A stretch of DNA of 63,560 nt, the filler included, from Octopus bimaculoides (taxonomy: Eukaryota): the NCBI RefSeq assembly GCF_001194135.2. It is 6 parts of 6 records of this genome, joined end to end, with 100 filler letters (N's around TTAATTAATTAA, not from the genome) between each part and the next. Parts side by side here need not be neighbours in the genome. Positions count along the whole stretch, not along the records: positions 1 to 29,895 come from NC_069004.1; 5 more parts are not named here. One strand, written 5' to 3'. Positions 11,414 to 23,052 of the stretch are shown piece after piece; position 1 is the first letter of the stretch, and each line of letters opens with the position of its first letter. The notes below the pieces were generated by a model that did no database searches, had not been told where the DNA came from, and saw nothing but the letters and a program-made list of their open reading frames with translations. Position numbers and translations under genes: made by a program.

Positions 11414-11690
11414 TGAGGTGGTATCAAAAAGTTCCCAGACTAGTTCTGTAGCATGCCAACAGATGGCAGCACCCTGTTGCGTGTGCAGTGAGAGCTAGCG
11501 GTGACCTTCATGAGGCAGTGTGCTGAGTGACATTGCTGTGTTTACATCACGAATTGTGAAATTTGTGTTTTTGTGATCACGTTTATGCTGTAGTCTGTGA
11601 TTTTTGTCATGGACAGAAAGTTGGAACAAAGGGCCAATGTGAAACTTTGTGTTAAACTTGGGAAGTCAGCTACAGAGACATTGAGCATTT
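11414..11690 (+). mobile_element. Mariner 5' stub (TIR plus transposase N-terminus, irritans/Hsmar2-like)
   Basis: TA followed by the TIR-like TGAGGTGGTATCAAAAAGTTCCC. The ATG at 11609 gives MDRKLEQRANVKLCVKLGKSATETLS, a typical mariner HTH N-terminus. The element is truncated afterwards. Confidence 0.75.
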
Positions 11691-11853
11691 TATTTTGCTA
11701 AAATTTTCGTTGCGTCTGATTCTCTTCAAAACTAAGGTTGCAAGACGCAACGAAAATTTTAGAAAAATTTTTAAAAAACAAGTGGAAATTTTACTGGTGA
11801 GTGAGTTAAATTATAAGGCACCAAAAGAGAATGACTCTCCCCAGACACAACAG

Positions 11854-11885
<32 letters not shown>

Positions 11886-11915
11886 NNNNNNNNNNNNNNN
11901 NNNNNNNNNNNNNNN

Positions 11916-11961
<46 letters not shown>

Positions 11962-12129
11962 AACAACTTGTTTTAAATTTCTTAGTGAGAGACATAGAAT
12001 AACTGAATCGAAAAGTAAAGTTTATTTGTCGCCATGGACACTAGGAAGGTTGCTGAGTAATGTGCAAGACAGAAAAAGAAGAGAGAAAAATATCCATCCA
12101 TCCATATTTGCTTCCCATTCTTTCTGGGA

Positions 12130-12860
12130 GTGTCAAAGAGGGGTAGAATCCTCAGGCTCCTCTTCTATAAAGTCCTATCAGAAGCAACCATCATTAGACT
12201 TTGGATATTATCCGACCATCTTCTTTTTGTTCTGCCCCTCAGTCTCAGCTTGAAGAATCTGTTATGATTCTTTCCTGTAATTTTTTAATCACTTGCGTTG
12301 CAAAACTTCAGTGCAAAGAATTGATCCAGGCATGTTTTTTAAAGTCTGGTACTTGTTCTATCAGTCTCTTTTGCCAAACCACTAAGTAATGGGGAAGTAA
12401 ACACACCAATACCAGTTGTCAAGTAGATACAAAGACAAACACACACATATAAATACACATATATACAACAGGCTTCTTTCAGTTTCCATCAACCAAATCC
12501 ACTCACAAGGCTTTGGTCAGCCTGAATCTACAATAGAAGACACTTGCCCAAGGTGCCACACAGTGGGACTGAACCTGGAACCATGTAGTTAGGGAGCAAA
12601 CTTTTTACCATACAGCCATGCCTGTGTCTTAGATGAGATATTGGAACATGTAGTCATGGCCTGCTTGATTGGCTTGAAGAATTTGTCATGCAATTCTTTC
12701 CTGCATTGATGTAATCACATGTCTGTAGTACCAGAGCTGTGACCTTTTGGTGAAGAAGTAGCAACTTGACCAAGAGAGACTCTCTGAGCTATGCACCCTG
12801 TCAAGTAATGTTATTCCAGAGATCATTCAGAGGAACCCCATTTCAGTTACTTGTATTCAT
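12130..12860 (-). mobile_element. RTE-clade LINE 3' ORF remnant, interrupted by a family A SINE (12325-12626)
   Basis: Degenerate minus-strand peptides RIQVTEMGFL*MISGITLLDRVHSS...QLWYYRHVI...QERIA*QILQA and ...RGRTKRRWSDNI match the RTE ORF C-terminus. Confidence 0.65.
12325..12626 (-). mobile_element. SINE family A copy, 3'-truncated
   Basis: Reverse complement of the family A head and body. Confidence 0.85.
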
Positions 12861-13663
12861 GATTATACTCTTGTAGTTCATTTATTTATTTATCTATTTT
12901 TATTTATTATATTTAAATTTGTTTTAAATTTGTTTTGTCATTGCTTTTTTTTCTTCTCTCCATGCTGCCACNNNNNNNNNNNNNNNNNNNNNNNNNNNNN
13001 NNNNNNNNNNNNNNNNNNNNNNNNNNNNNNNNNNNNNNNNNNNNNNNNNNNNNNNNNNNNNNNNNNNNNNNNNNNNNNNNNNNNNNNNNNNNNNNNNNNN
13101 NNNNNNNNNNNNNNNNNNNNNNNNNNNNNNNNNNNNNNNNNNNNNNNNNNNNNNNNNNNNNNNNNNNNNNNNNNNNNNNNNNNNNNNNNNNNNNNNNNNN
13201 NNNNNNNNNNNNNNNNNNNNNNNNNNNNNNNNNNNNNNNNNNNNNNNNNNNNNNNNNNNNNNNNNNNNNNNNNNNNNNNNNNNNNNNNNNNNNNNNNNNN
13301 NNNNNNNNNNNNNNNNNNNNNNNNNNNNNNNNNNNNNNNNNNNNNNCATCACCACCACCAACACCACAACCACCACTGCCACCACCACCACCACTACTAC
13401 TACTACTACTACCACCACCACACCACTGCCGCTATCACCACCGTTGGTACCACCACTGTCACCAGGCCCACTACTACTACGACTACAACTTCCACCGCCA
13501 TCACCATTGCTGCTACAACCACTCTTCCCACCACCACTACTGTTCATATGATCACTAGTTGCTGTTTAACCCTTAGTCGTCTTTGATTGAGCAACCCTAT
13601 GATCAATGTCATTCCATTTCTCTGTCTTTTTCCCTCTTCTCTCCCCTCTTCCTCGTCTTTTTA

Positions 13664-13699
<36 letters not shown>

Positions 13700-13755
13700 C
13701 ATCTCTCCCTCCTATCACTGTCACTCTCCCTCCCTCTATCACTTGTCCTTGCCCT

Positions 13756-13787
<32 letters not shown>

Positions 13788-14018
13788 ATTTTTTTCTCTC
13801 TCTCTCTCTTGTTATCTTTAATTAGTTTCTACTGTGTTAATGAAACGAATATAATCCTAGTTTAATTAAAGCCCCTAAGTCTACCCTAGATCTATCCCTT
13901 GTTAGACAAATTGCACAAATCTACTATAAGTGAATTTGTATAGCATTAATGAAATGTAATATCAATTAACAACACTAATGCTCCCTAATTGAATTGTAAT
14001 ATTAGTAATAATAAATTA

Positions 14019-14695
14019 GGCAGTGAGCTACCATAAGTATGCCAGGTAAATTGCTCAACAACATTTCATCTGTCCTTATGTTCTGAGTTCAAATTCCGCC
14101 GAGGTCGACTTTGATTTATATCCTTCCAGGTTCGATAAAATAAGCATCAATTGAAAATTGAGGTTAATCTAATTGAGTTACCCCCCTCCCCTGAAATTAC
14201 TGGCCTTGTGCCAAAATTTGAAACCTGTATTAGTAAAGATGATATGGTGGTGAGCTAGCAGAATTGTTTGCTCGCCAGACAAAATACTTAGTGATATTCT
14301 ATCTGTCTTTACATTCTGAGTTCAAATTCTTCTGAGATCAACTTTGCCTTTCATCCTTTTGGGGTCGATAATTTAAGTACCAGTGAAACACTGGGGTCGA
14401 TGTAATTGACTTCACTCCTCTCCCAAAATTATTGGCCTTGGGCCAAAATTTGAAATTGACTTTAGTTTTGAGATAAGGCGGCAAACTGACAGAATTGTTA
14501 GCATATTGGCCAAAATGCTTAGTGGCATTTCGTCGATCCTTACTTTGTGAGTTCAAATTCTGCTAAAGTCGACTTTGCCTTTCATTCTGTTGGAGTTGAT
14601 AAATTAAGTACCAGTTAAGCACTGGGGTCAATATAGCCAATTTAACACCTGCCCCAAAATTGCTGGCCTTGGGCCAAAAATTTGAAGCCAATATT
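14019..14695 (+). mobile_element. Three head-to-tail family E SINE-like copies
   Basis: Units start near 14019, 14247 and 14477. Each contains TTCTGAGTTCAAATTC...GTC(G/A)ACTTTGCCTTTCATCC and ends GGCCTTG(T/G)GCCAAAATTTGAA. Confidence 0.85.
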
Positions 14696-15047
14696 ATTAC
14701 TAGTTGTAGTAGTAGGTGTTGTTGTTGATTAAAGACAGTTCAACTGTAAACATCCTGTCTCATTTTCAATCAAACAGTTTATCTAGATCTACAATGGCCA
14801 ATATTTTTGTCCATATTTTCTCTTATTATTCTAGGCATTGCTCCAGCATGGCTGCAGTACAATGACTAAAACAAGTAAAAAGTAGAAAATTAAAAGATAA
14901 TATGGCAGAATAGGGGTTGATTTCAGGGCTGCTATTTTAGCAGGTCATGCTGTCATCAGAAACAGTATTCTTCAGTTTTTAAGGTTATCTCTTCAGAATT
15001 TTCTATACAAATTATAGCCAGCTCTGATTTGTTATGATGTTTGGTAT

Positions 15048-15560
15048 ATTTGGTAGATGGCAACTGAAAGAAGCCCGTCATATATATATATATGTATATA
15101 TGATATGTACGTATCTGTATGTCTGTGTTTGTCCCCCACCACCTTTGCTTGAGAACCAATGTCAGGGAGTTTATGTCCTCCTAACTTAGTGGTTCGGCAT
15201 AAGAGACTGATAGAATAAGTACTAGGCTTATAAAGAATAAGTCCTGGGTTTGATTTGTTCAACTAAAAACGGTGCTCCAGCATGGCTGCAGTCAAATGAC
15301 TGAAACAAGTAAAAGAAGAAAAGAATATATCTTTGTTTCTGTATTACCCCCCCACCACCACCACCACCACCACCACTACCTCCACCTCTATCACCACTTG
15401 ACAACAAGTGTTGGTGTGTTTACATCATCATAACTTAGTGGTTCAGCGAAAAAGACCGATAGAATAAGTATCAGGCTTAAAAGAAAAAAGCTTAAGTTCT
15501 TCATGGCAGTGCCCCAGTATGGCCATAATCTAATGACTGGAATAAATAAATGATGAAAGA
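15048..15560 (+). mobile_element. Two 5'-truncated family A SINE copies
   Basis: 3' halves at about 15048-15325 and 15390-15560. Confidence 0.8.
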
Positions 15561-16075
15561 TGAAAGACATATAACATGTTCAAAATACCATGGCATTTGT
15601 CAGAGATAAGGGGTTCCTACAAGAAAAAATTACTTTTTAATATGGAATTCCAAAGGCATTTAGTCTAATCAAGGTTTTGGTTCACCCTTTTGTTTGCATA
15701 TTTCTAGCGAAATGCACTTCTTTTGTTTCAATTAATCTTCAAAATAACGAAGAATTTTGTTAAAATGACTTTATCGTTATTAAGCTGATGTTTGAAAAAT
15801 TTCGATGGAATCTTTTAATTTAGATCACTTTAGACCTGGGGGTTTGTATTATTTAATTGGGGTGGATGGGATTGGATGGGTTGGCATCAAACATGTTAAT
15901 AAGATGGAAATTTCATAAACCCCCTTTATAACCTCTGATGGATTTTTAACATTGCCAAATCTCTCAAAGACATTTTTATGATCTGTTCAATCATTTGTGC
16001 AATTTAACTTTTTTGAAAGAGAAAGAAAAAACATTTATAAAGATATATCATTATTATTATCATTATTATTATTAA

Positions 16076-16307
16076 GGTGGCGAGATGGCAGAACCATAAA
16101 CATGTTGGACGAAATGCTTAGTGGTATTTTGCCTATCACTACATTCTGAGTTCAAATTACACTGAGGTCGACTCTGCCTTTCATCCTTTTGGAGTCAATA
16201 AATTAAGTACCAGTGAAATACTGGGTTGATATAATCGACTATCCCCCTCCTCCAAATTTCAGGCCTTGTGCCTGTAGTAGAAAAGATTATTATTATTATC
16301 ATTATTA

Positions 16308-16341
<34 letters not shown>

Positions 16342-16772
16342 GGTGGTGAGCTGGCAGAATTGTTAGCACACTGGATGAAATGCATAATGGTATTTCGCCC
16401 GTTGCTATGTTCTGTGTTCAAATTCTGCCTAGGTCGACTTTGCCTTTTATCCTTTTGGGGTCAATGAAATAAGTACCAGTTATGCACTGGGGTCAATATA
16501 ATTGACTATCCCTCTCTCCCAAATTTCAGGTCTTGTGCCTATAGTAGAAAGGATTATTATTACTATTATTAATGAGCTGGCAGAATCGTTAGCACATTAA
16601 GCGAAATGCTTAGTGCTATTTCGTCTACCATTACGTTCTGAGTTCAAATTCCACTAGGGTTGACTTTGCCTTTCATCCTTTCAGGGTTGATTAAATTAGT
16701 ACAATACCGGGGTTGATGTAATCGACTTAATCCCTTCCTCCAAATTTGATGCCTGTGCTTCCAGTAGAAAGG

Positions 16773-16825
<53 letters not shown>

Positions 16826-16830
16826 CATTA
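16076..16830 (+). mobile_element. Three head-to-tail family E copies separated by (ATT)n tails
   Basis: Units start near 16076, 16341 and 16572. Each ends GTAGAAA(A/G)GATTATTATT... and the next unit starts inside that tail. Confidence 0.9.
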
Positions 16831-17279
16831 TGATTAGCATCATCGTTTTAATATAGATTTTTTTTATGCTTAAATGGGTTGGGCAGAGTTTACTAAGGCA
16901 GATTTTTTTTTACAACCTCATACCCTTGCAGTGGTCATCCCTCACATGTTTCCAAGCAAAGTGATATTCCCCCATGCTTTGACATTTTCCTGTAGAATAT
17001 TGGAAATGAATTTCGCAGCTTGTATGACAATGACAATCATTTACAGTCGTTTACATGTGATGTCAAGACAAGAAAAAACACACACACACACATGTATGCT
17101 CTTTTGAAACAGTGAAACTCAAAGCATGAAATACTAGCATGTAAATGTCCGGTTGAAAACCTCTTTTGAGAGAAAAGCTTTAAGACTAGCTTTTTGTGCT
17201 TCAAATTTCATGCTTCTAAAAATGAATTAATACACTTTCTCTCAGTATTTATAAATTCTTATGATTTCAATAATATATA

Positions 17280-18603
17280 CAGGGTAGGCTATAATGATGG
17301 GACACATTTTAAATGCTACTATCTTGGATTATATAAATGACATAGAGTACCAAATACATGTATTGCATGATATACAGGAGTTCAACATATTATCTAAGAT
17401 TTGAATATTACATCCTGGAGAAGGTCACCACTATAAAGAGAATATTCACAAGCTCACTTTCTCATATCAATGGCTTAGCATAACACCATGGCATAGCATA
17501 TCTGATGGAATGGCTGCAATCTCTCTATGGATGCCTTGTTTTAGTTCTGCTGCTGTTTGGGGCCTTTTGTAAATACCCTATCCTTGAGGTAACCCCACAG
17601 AAAGTAGTCCACTGGGGTTAGATCTGGTGATCTAGATGGCCAGTGGATATCACCAAATCTGAAATGAGATGTCTGGGGAATTGTTCTAGAAGAGTTGCAC
17701 TGTATGACTTGTGGCACCATCTTGTTGCATCCACATCTGTATCAGGGCAAGCCTTCGTAACTTGGAAAAGAAGGTCTTCAGCATAAGGTTGTAGCGCTCG
17801 GCAGTTACCCTTACGTCTACAGCATGTTCATCCTCAAAAAGGTAAGGACCAATCACACATGCGTAAGTCACTGCACACCACAGTATAACCTTCTCACTGT
17901 GCAAAGGCCTTTCATGTACAATTTGAGGACTTTCACAACCCCAAAACCTACATTTTATTAGCATAACCAGAAAAATTTTAAATGAGCTTCATCTGATGGG
18001 ATCAAATGATGGATAAAGTCTTCTTCCTCCCTGCACATATTGACAAACCAATTACTAAAAGTCTTTCTTTGCACCTTATCTGGTGGAAGCAATTGCTTCT
18101 TATATGGATACAAGTGTAGGTTCATGAAATATTCAACTGTTGAGCCAGTCAATGCATGGACTTTGAGAGACTTTGTTCACTAGTGTTCCTCACACTTTGG
18201 CAGTTCTCTGCACTATGAGACGTTCAAAGCCAACCTGGGGATTTTTCTTCTCGATATTGCTTGTCCCATGCAAGTTTGCAACAGCATGCAGGATTACCTT
18301 TTGGGATGGTGCCTGTTGCTTTCCAAAATGCTATCAGAATTTTCTTTGGGCTGCAGTGATGGATCTTTGGCTGGTTAAGTTGGCTTTGTCCATGTATGGA
18401 ATTTCTTTTGGAGTCCATAACATTATGAGTGCCACCAACACCAACTACCTGTAAAAGATATTCAGATCTTAGATAATGTGCTGAATTCCTGTATATCAGG
18501 AATTCCTGTAATTCCTGTAATAAATATACTTGGTGCTCTATGACAGTTTTATAATCCAAGTTACTAGCATTTGAGATGTGTCCCATCATTATGGGCCACC
18601 CTC
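17280..18603 (-). mobile_element. Degenerate Tc1/mariner-superfamily transposon, rosa/DD41D-like, with TIRs and TA TSD
   Basis: Imperfect TIRs of about 55 bp (CAGGGTAGGCTATAATGATGGGACACATTTTAAATGC... versus the reverse complement of ...GCATTTGAGATGTGTCCCATCATTATGGGCCACCCTC), TA on both sides. Frameshifted transposase motifs SDEAH, CRFWGCESP...PLHSEKVILWCAV, QQDGATSHT and FPRHLIS-RFGDIHWPSRSPDLTPVDYFLWGYLKD. Confidence 0.9.
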
Positions 18604-18805
18604 TATATTGTAAAAAGCACTTGTGCTGGTGCCATGTAAGGAACACCTCTTGCTGGGGCCATGTAAGGAGCACACATGCTGGTGCCACATTGAGGCACCT
18701 GTGCTGGCACCACCCATCACAAAGATTGATAGAAGTTAAGAAACACTGCTTCCTGAAACAGCTTTCATAGTTTCTTGTTGTTGTCGTTGAGTAGTATTAG
18801 TAGTG

Positions 18806-18841
<36 letters not shown>

Positions 18842-20140
18842 ATTTTTGTTGTTGTTTTAGTTGTTTACATCAAGATCAGTCCTGATTGAGTAGTCTTTCC
18901 TCTCCCCCCCCCCCAACACATCCATGAAAATCACATTATTTTCCCTGACATCTAGGACTTCTTTGTCCAAGGTAGCTGTCTCTTTTTCTCTCAAAGCAGC
19001 AGGGTGTGATAAGTGGGGGCTGTTTTGACTGCTATTTCCAGCAGGTCAGAACAGCCCACACGTTAGAGACTTGCTCGTCTTTTGAGTAATCTTTTGTTTG
19101 ACATATTCAACAAAGTGAAACAACAGCTTCTCGTTTTGTGTTCAAATTATTCCATTGTTCATTTTAATGTCTCACCTCTACTTTAGGTCACCCCCTCCCC
19201 TTGCTGTCCCACCCCCTTCTCTCTCTCTCTCTCTCTCTCTCAATATACTCTCTCTCTCACACATGCTCTCTTTCCGTCTCCCATATATTCTCTGCCTTTC
19301 TCTTACACTATGTCTCTCTCTTTCTCTCTCTCTCTCTCACACAGCTCCCCTCTCTCTCTCTCTCCCTCTCTGTCTGTCTGTTTCTCTCTCTGTCTCATAC
19401 AATCTCACACATGTTACCTAAATGTTTCTCACTTACGCTCTGTCTTTCTCTTATACTATGAGTCTCTCTTTCTCACTTTCTTTTTCTAACTCCCTCACAC
19501 ACTCACACTGCTTCTCTCTCTCTCTGATTACTTCTCACACACCCTCTCACTCTCTCTCTCTCACTACTTCTCTCTCACACCATGTGTCTCTCTGTTTCTC
19601 TGTCTGTCTCCATCATTGTCTCTCCTCTCTGTCTGTCTCTCTCTCTCTCTACCTAAATTGTGTGTCTTTACATGTAGGAGTTTGTGTCTATGCATACATG
19701 TATATGTGTGTGCATGTGTGTATCTGTCCGTACACATGTGTATGTGTGTACAAAAGTTTAAAGAAGAAGAAGAAGACGAAGAAGAAGAAGAAGGAGGAAA
19801 CAAGACAAAGCCACCATTTGTTAATTGTCTTAAAACCTCTTCGTTGATTAAAAACTTTTCATTTCAATTAATAATGGAGACGCTAATTCTTTTTTCCTTC
19901 GGTGTATTTATATGTATGTATATGTGTAGATATATGTATTTGTTTATTTGTGTATATGAATATGTATGCAGCAATATTTGTGGATATTTGTGCTTATGAA
20001 TACATAGGCATGTGTATACGTGTACTTGTATGCATATAGATATATGTATGTGTGTATGTCTGCATGTGTATATATATGTATGTATGCATGTATACACATT
20101 TCAGTATAAGTCTCTGTGTGAATATGTGGATTTATATAAG

Positions 20141-20194
<54 letters not shown>

Positions 20195-20270
20195 CGTGCG
20201 TTCGTGTGTGTGTGTCTGTATTTATCTGTGTAATTATGCCTGTAAATACTGATATATTCCTGCATATGCA

Positions 20271-20301
<31 letters not shown>

Positions 20302-20328
20302 GTATGTATATATGTATCTCTATGAACA

Positions 20329-20375
<47 letters not shown>

Positions 20376-20401
20376 TATGTATGTATGTATCTCTATGAAC
20401 A

Positions 20402-20457
<56 letters not shown>

Positions 20458-21362
20458 CACAAACACACACACAAACACACACACACACAAATATACTGAT
20501 GAAGTTTGTGTGAGTGTTTTCTATGAATTTTACCATTCACATACGACACTCACACAAAATGTGTTGCTTTATACAAATGTCAGATTCTAGAACTGTGACT
20601 TCGGGAGCTCCTCTTCTTCCTCCTTCTCTTCCTCCTCAGACATCCACAGGCATTCTCCATACTCTGCAAAGTTGACACATGCCACCTACATTCACTCACA
20701 TGCCCCCCCCCCTATATTATGTATATTTATTCATAGCGTAGGAAGACTGCAGAAGCTTCATGAGACATGAAGTAAATTGTTTTTCCATGATAGAACTCAC
20801 AGAAGATAGACACAGCTATAAATCCTTTTTCGGGAAATTCTGGGGCAGGGGCCTAGTTGATTACATCAGGCCCCACTACTTAACTGGTACCTTACTTTAT
20901 CAACTCAAAAAGACAAAAGACAATCTCGACCTTGGTGGAATTTGAACTCAAAATGTAAAGAGAACTGCAGCTAAGCAGATTGCCTGATTTGCTATTGATT
21001 TTGCCAGGTCATCATCATCATCATCATCATCATTGTTTAACGTCTGCTTTCCATGCTAGCATGGGTTGGACGATTTGACTGAGGACTGGTGAAACCGGAT
21101 GGCAACACCAGGCTCCAGTCTGATTTGGCAGAGTTTCTACAGCTGGATGCCCTTCCTAACCACTCAGAGAGTGTAGTGGGTGCTTTTACGTGTCACCCGC
21201 ACGAAAACGGCCACGCTCGAAATGGTGTCTTTTATGTGCCNNNNNNNNNNNNNNNNNNNNNNNNNNNNNNNNNNNNNNNNNNNNNNNNNNNNNNNNNNNN
21301 NNNNNNNNNNNNNGATAAGTTTATATTTTTATACATATAGCCATATTTATCACCACCTTAAT

Positions 21363-21398
<36 letters not shown>

Positions 21399-22071
21399 CT
21401 TTCTACTATATGCACAAGGCCTGAAATTTGGGGGAGGGAGATAGTCGATTACATCAACCCCATGTTTCACTGGTCAAACACCCAAAGGATGAAAGGCAAA
21501 GTCAATCTTGGCAGAATTTGAACTTGGAATGATGGTGGTGGTGGTGGTGGAGGTGGTGGTGGAGGTGGTGGTGGTGGCAGCAGTGGCGACAATGATGATG
21601 ATGATGCATGTTTTATCTTGGCAAAGAAGACGGGCTGCAACAAATGTTCTGCTCAATACCACAGAGTTGCTTGTCAGTTGCTTGACCTTAACCAGTTGAG
21701 CATGTCCCTTAGTGGCTGATTATGAGCAGAAGTAGTGGGGAGCATCATATCCATGTGTTGAGAGGGATTCTTTGGGGTTTGAATAATTCACCTCTGGAAA
21801 CATGGGTGTTTCGTTCATCATCCTCAATCAAACCTTATTTAGGGAGCTTTTGTGCAGGATGGGCTACTCGACCTGCAGAAAATTCTAACTGGGCCCCTCC
21901 TGCAAAGTCATGCGCTGTTCATCTTGATATAAGATCACCATGTCGTGCACATATGGTTGGGATGCATGTTCCTGGTGTACCCTTATCAGACGGGTAGTCA
22001 TGATGGATATAATGGGCTTCGTATATTTGCACCCCAGTGTCACTTTGATGGCATAAACTGCTCTCTCACTC

Positions 22072-22121
<50 letters not shown>

Positions 22122-22123
<2 letters not shown>

Positions 22124-22282
22124 TACAGAAAATTGCACTACTGGGTACTGCACACATTCTACGCAAAACACTTTCAATACAGTAAACATAAGAGCACCAC
22201 AGCAAACCACAGCACATACCCAAGGCGCACAGAGCTGCGCTCGGTAGTGAAGTGAAAGCACGTTATAAAAATAAAACTACTG
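22122..22282 (+). mobile_element. 5'-truncated 3' end of an R4/Dong-like RLE retrotransposon inside a (TAA)n array
   Basis: Reads IQKIALLGTAHILRKTLSIQ*, then a short 3' UTR ending ATAAAACTACTG(AAT)n. (TAA)n lies on both sides. It parallels the C-terminus at 51790-51850. Confidence 0.8.
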
Positions 22283-22529
22283 AATAATAATAATAATAAT
22301 AATAATGATCTTTTCTACTGAAGACACAAGGCCTGAAATTTGTGGGGAGGGGGAAGTTGATCACATCAATGCCAGTACTAGTACTTAATTTATGGACCCA
22401 GAAAGGGTGAAAGGCAAAATCGACCTCGCCGTAATTTGAACTCAGAACAAAAGGACAGTTGAAATACTGCTAAGCACTCTGCCTGATGTGCTAACTTTTC
22501 CGTCAGCTCTCTGCTTCATTGATGATGAC

Positions 22530-22591
<62 letters not shown>

Positions 22592-22614
22592 TAATAATAA
22601 TAATAATAATAATG

Positions 22615-22645
<31 letters not shown>

Positions 22646-22774
22646 TAATATCCTATTATAGACACAAGGCCTGTAATTTGGGGGCAAGGGGCTAATTTGT
22701 TTCTGCCCATGCTAGCATGGGAAACAGATGCTAAATGATAATGGTGATTATCTATGTACCTGTCTGTTTGTCTG

Positions 22775-22985
22775 CCTGTCTGTGTTTGTTGTCCACCACC
22801 ACTTGGCAAGCGATGTTGGTGTGTTTATGTCCCTGTAACTTTGAAGTTTGGCAAAAGAGAGCAACAGAATAAGTACCAGGCCTTAAAAAAAAAAAGAAAA
22901 TACTGGAGGTTCATACTTATCCAACTAAAATTTTGCAAGGCAGTACCCTAGAATGGCCACTACCGAATGTCTGGATCAGATATAA
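22775..22985 (+). mobile_element. SINE family A 3' half
   Basis: GATGTTGGTGTGTTTATGTCCCTGTAACTT...CAGAATAAGTACCAGGC. Confidence 0.75.
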
Positions 22986-22995
22986 AAACACACAC

Positions 22996-23052
<57 letters not shown>

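Noticed and set aside
12190-12230. Next INTS13 exon (DFG start)
   Set aside because: It reads DFGYYPTIFF, has no acceptor in the right phase, and lies in the antisense of an RTE fragment.
16076-16830. CRISPR-like or satellite array
   Set aside because: The units are about 215-bp SINE copies separated by (ATT)n tails, not short repeats with unique spacers. The sequence is eukaryotic and has no cas genes.
20581-20700. Coding exon in the purine/pyrimidine-skewed segment (SEEEEKEEEEE, RRKRRRKKR or SSSSSFSSSS frames)
   Set aside because: All attractive frames come from a short CTT/CCT low-complexity run, and no frame has both a good acceptor and a good donor without a stop.
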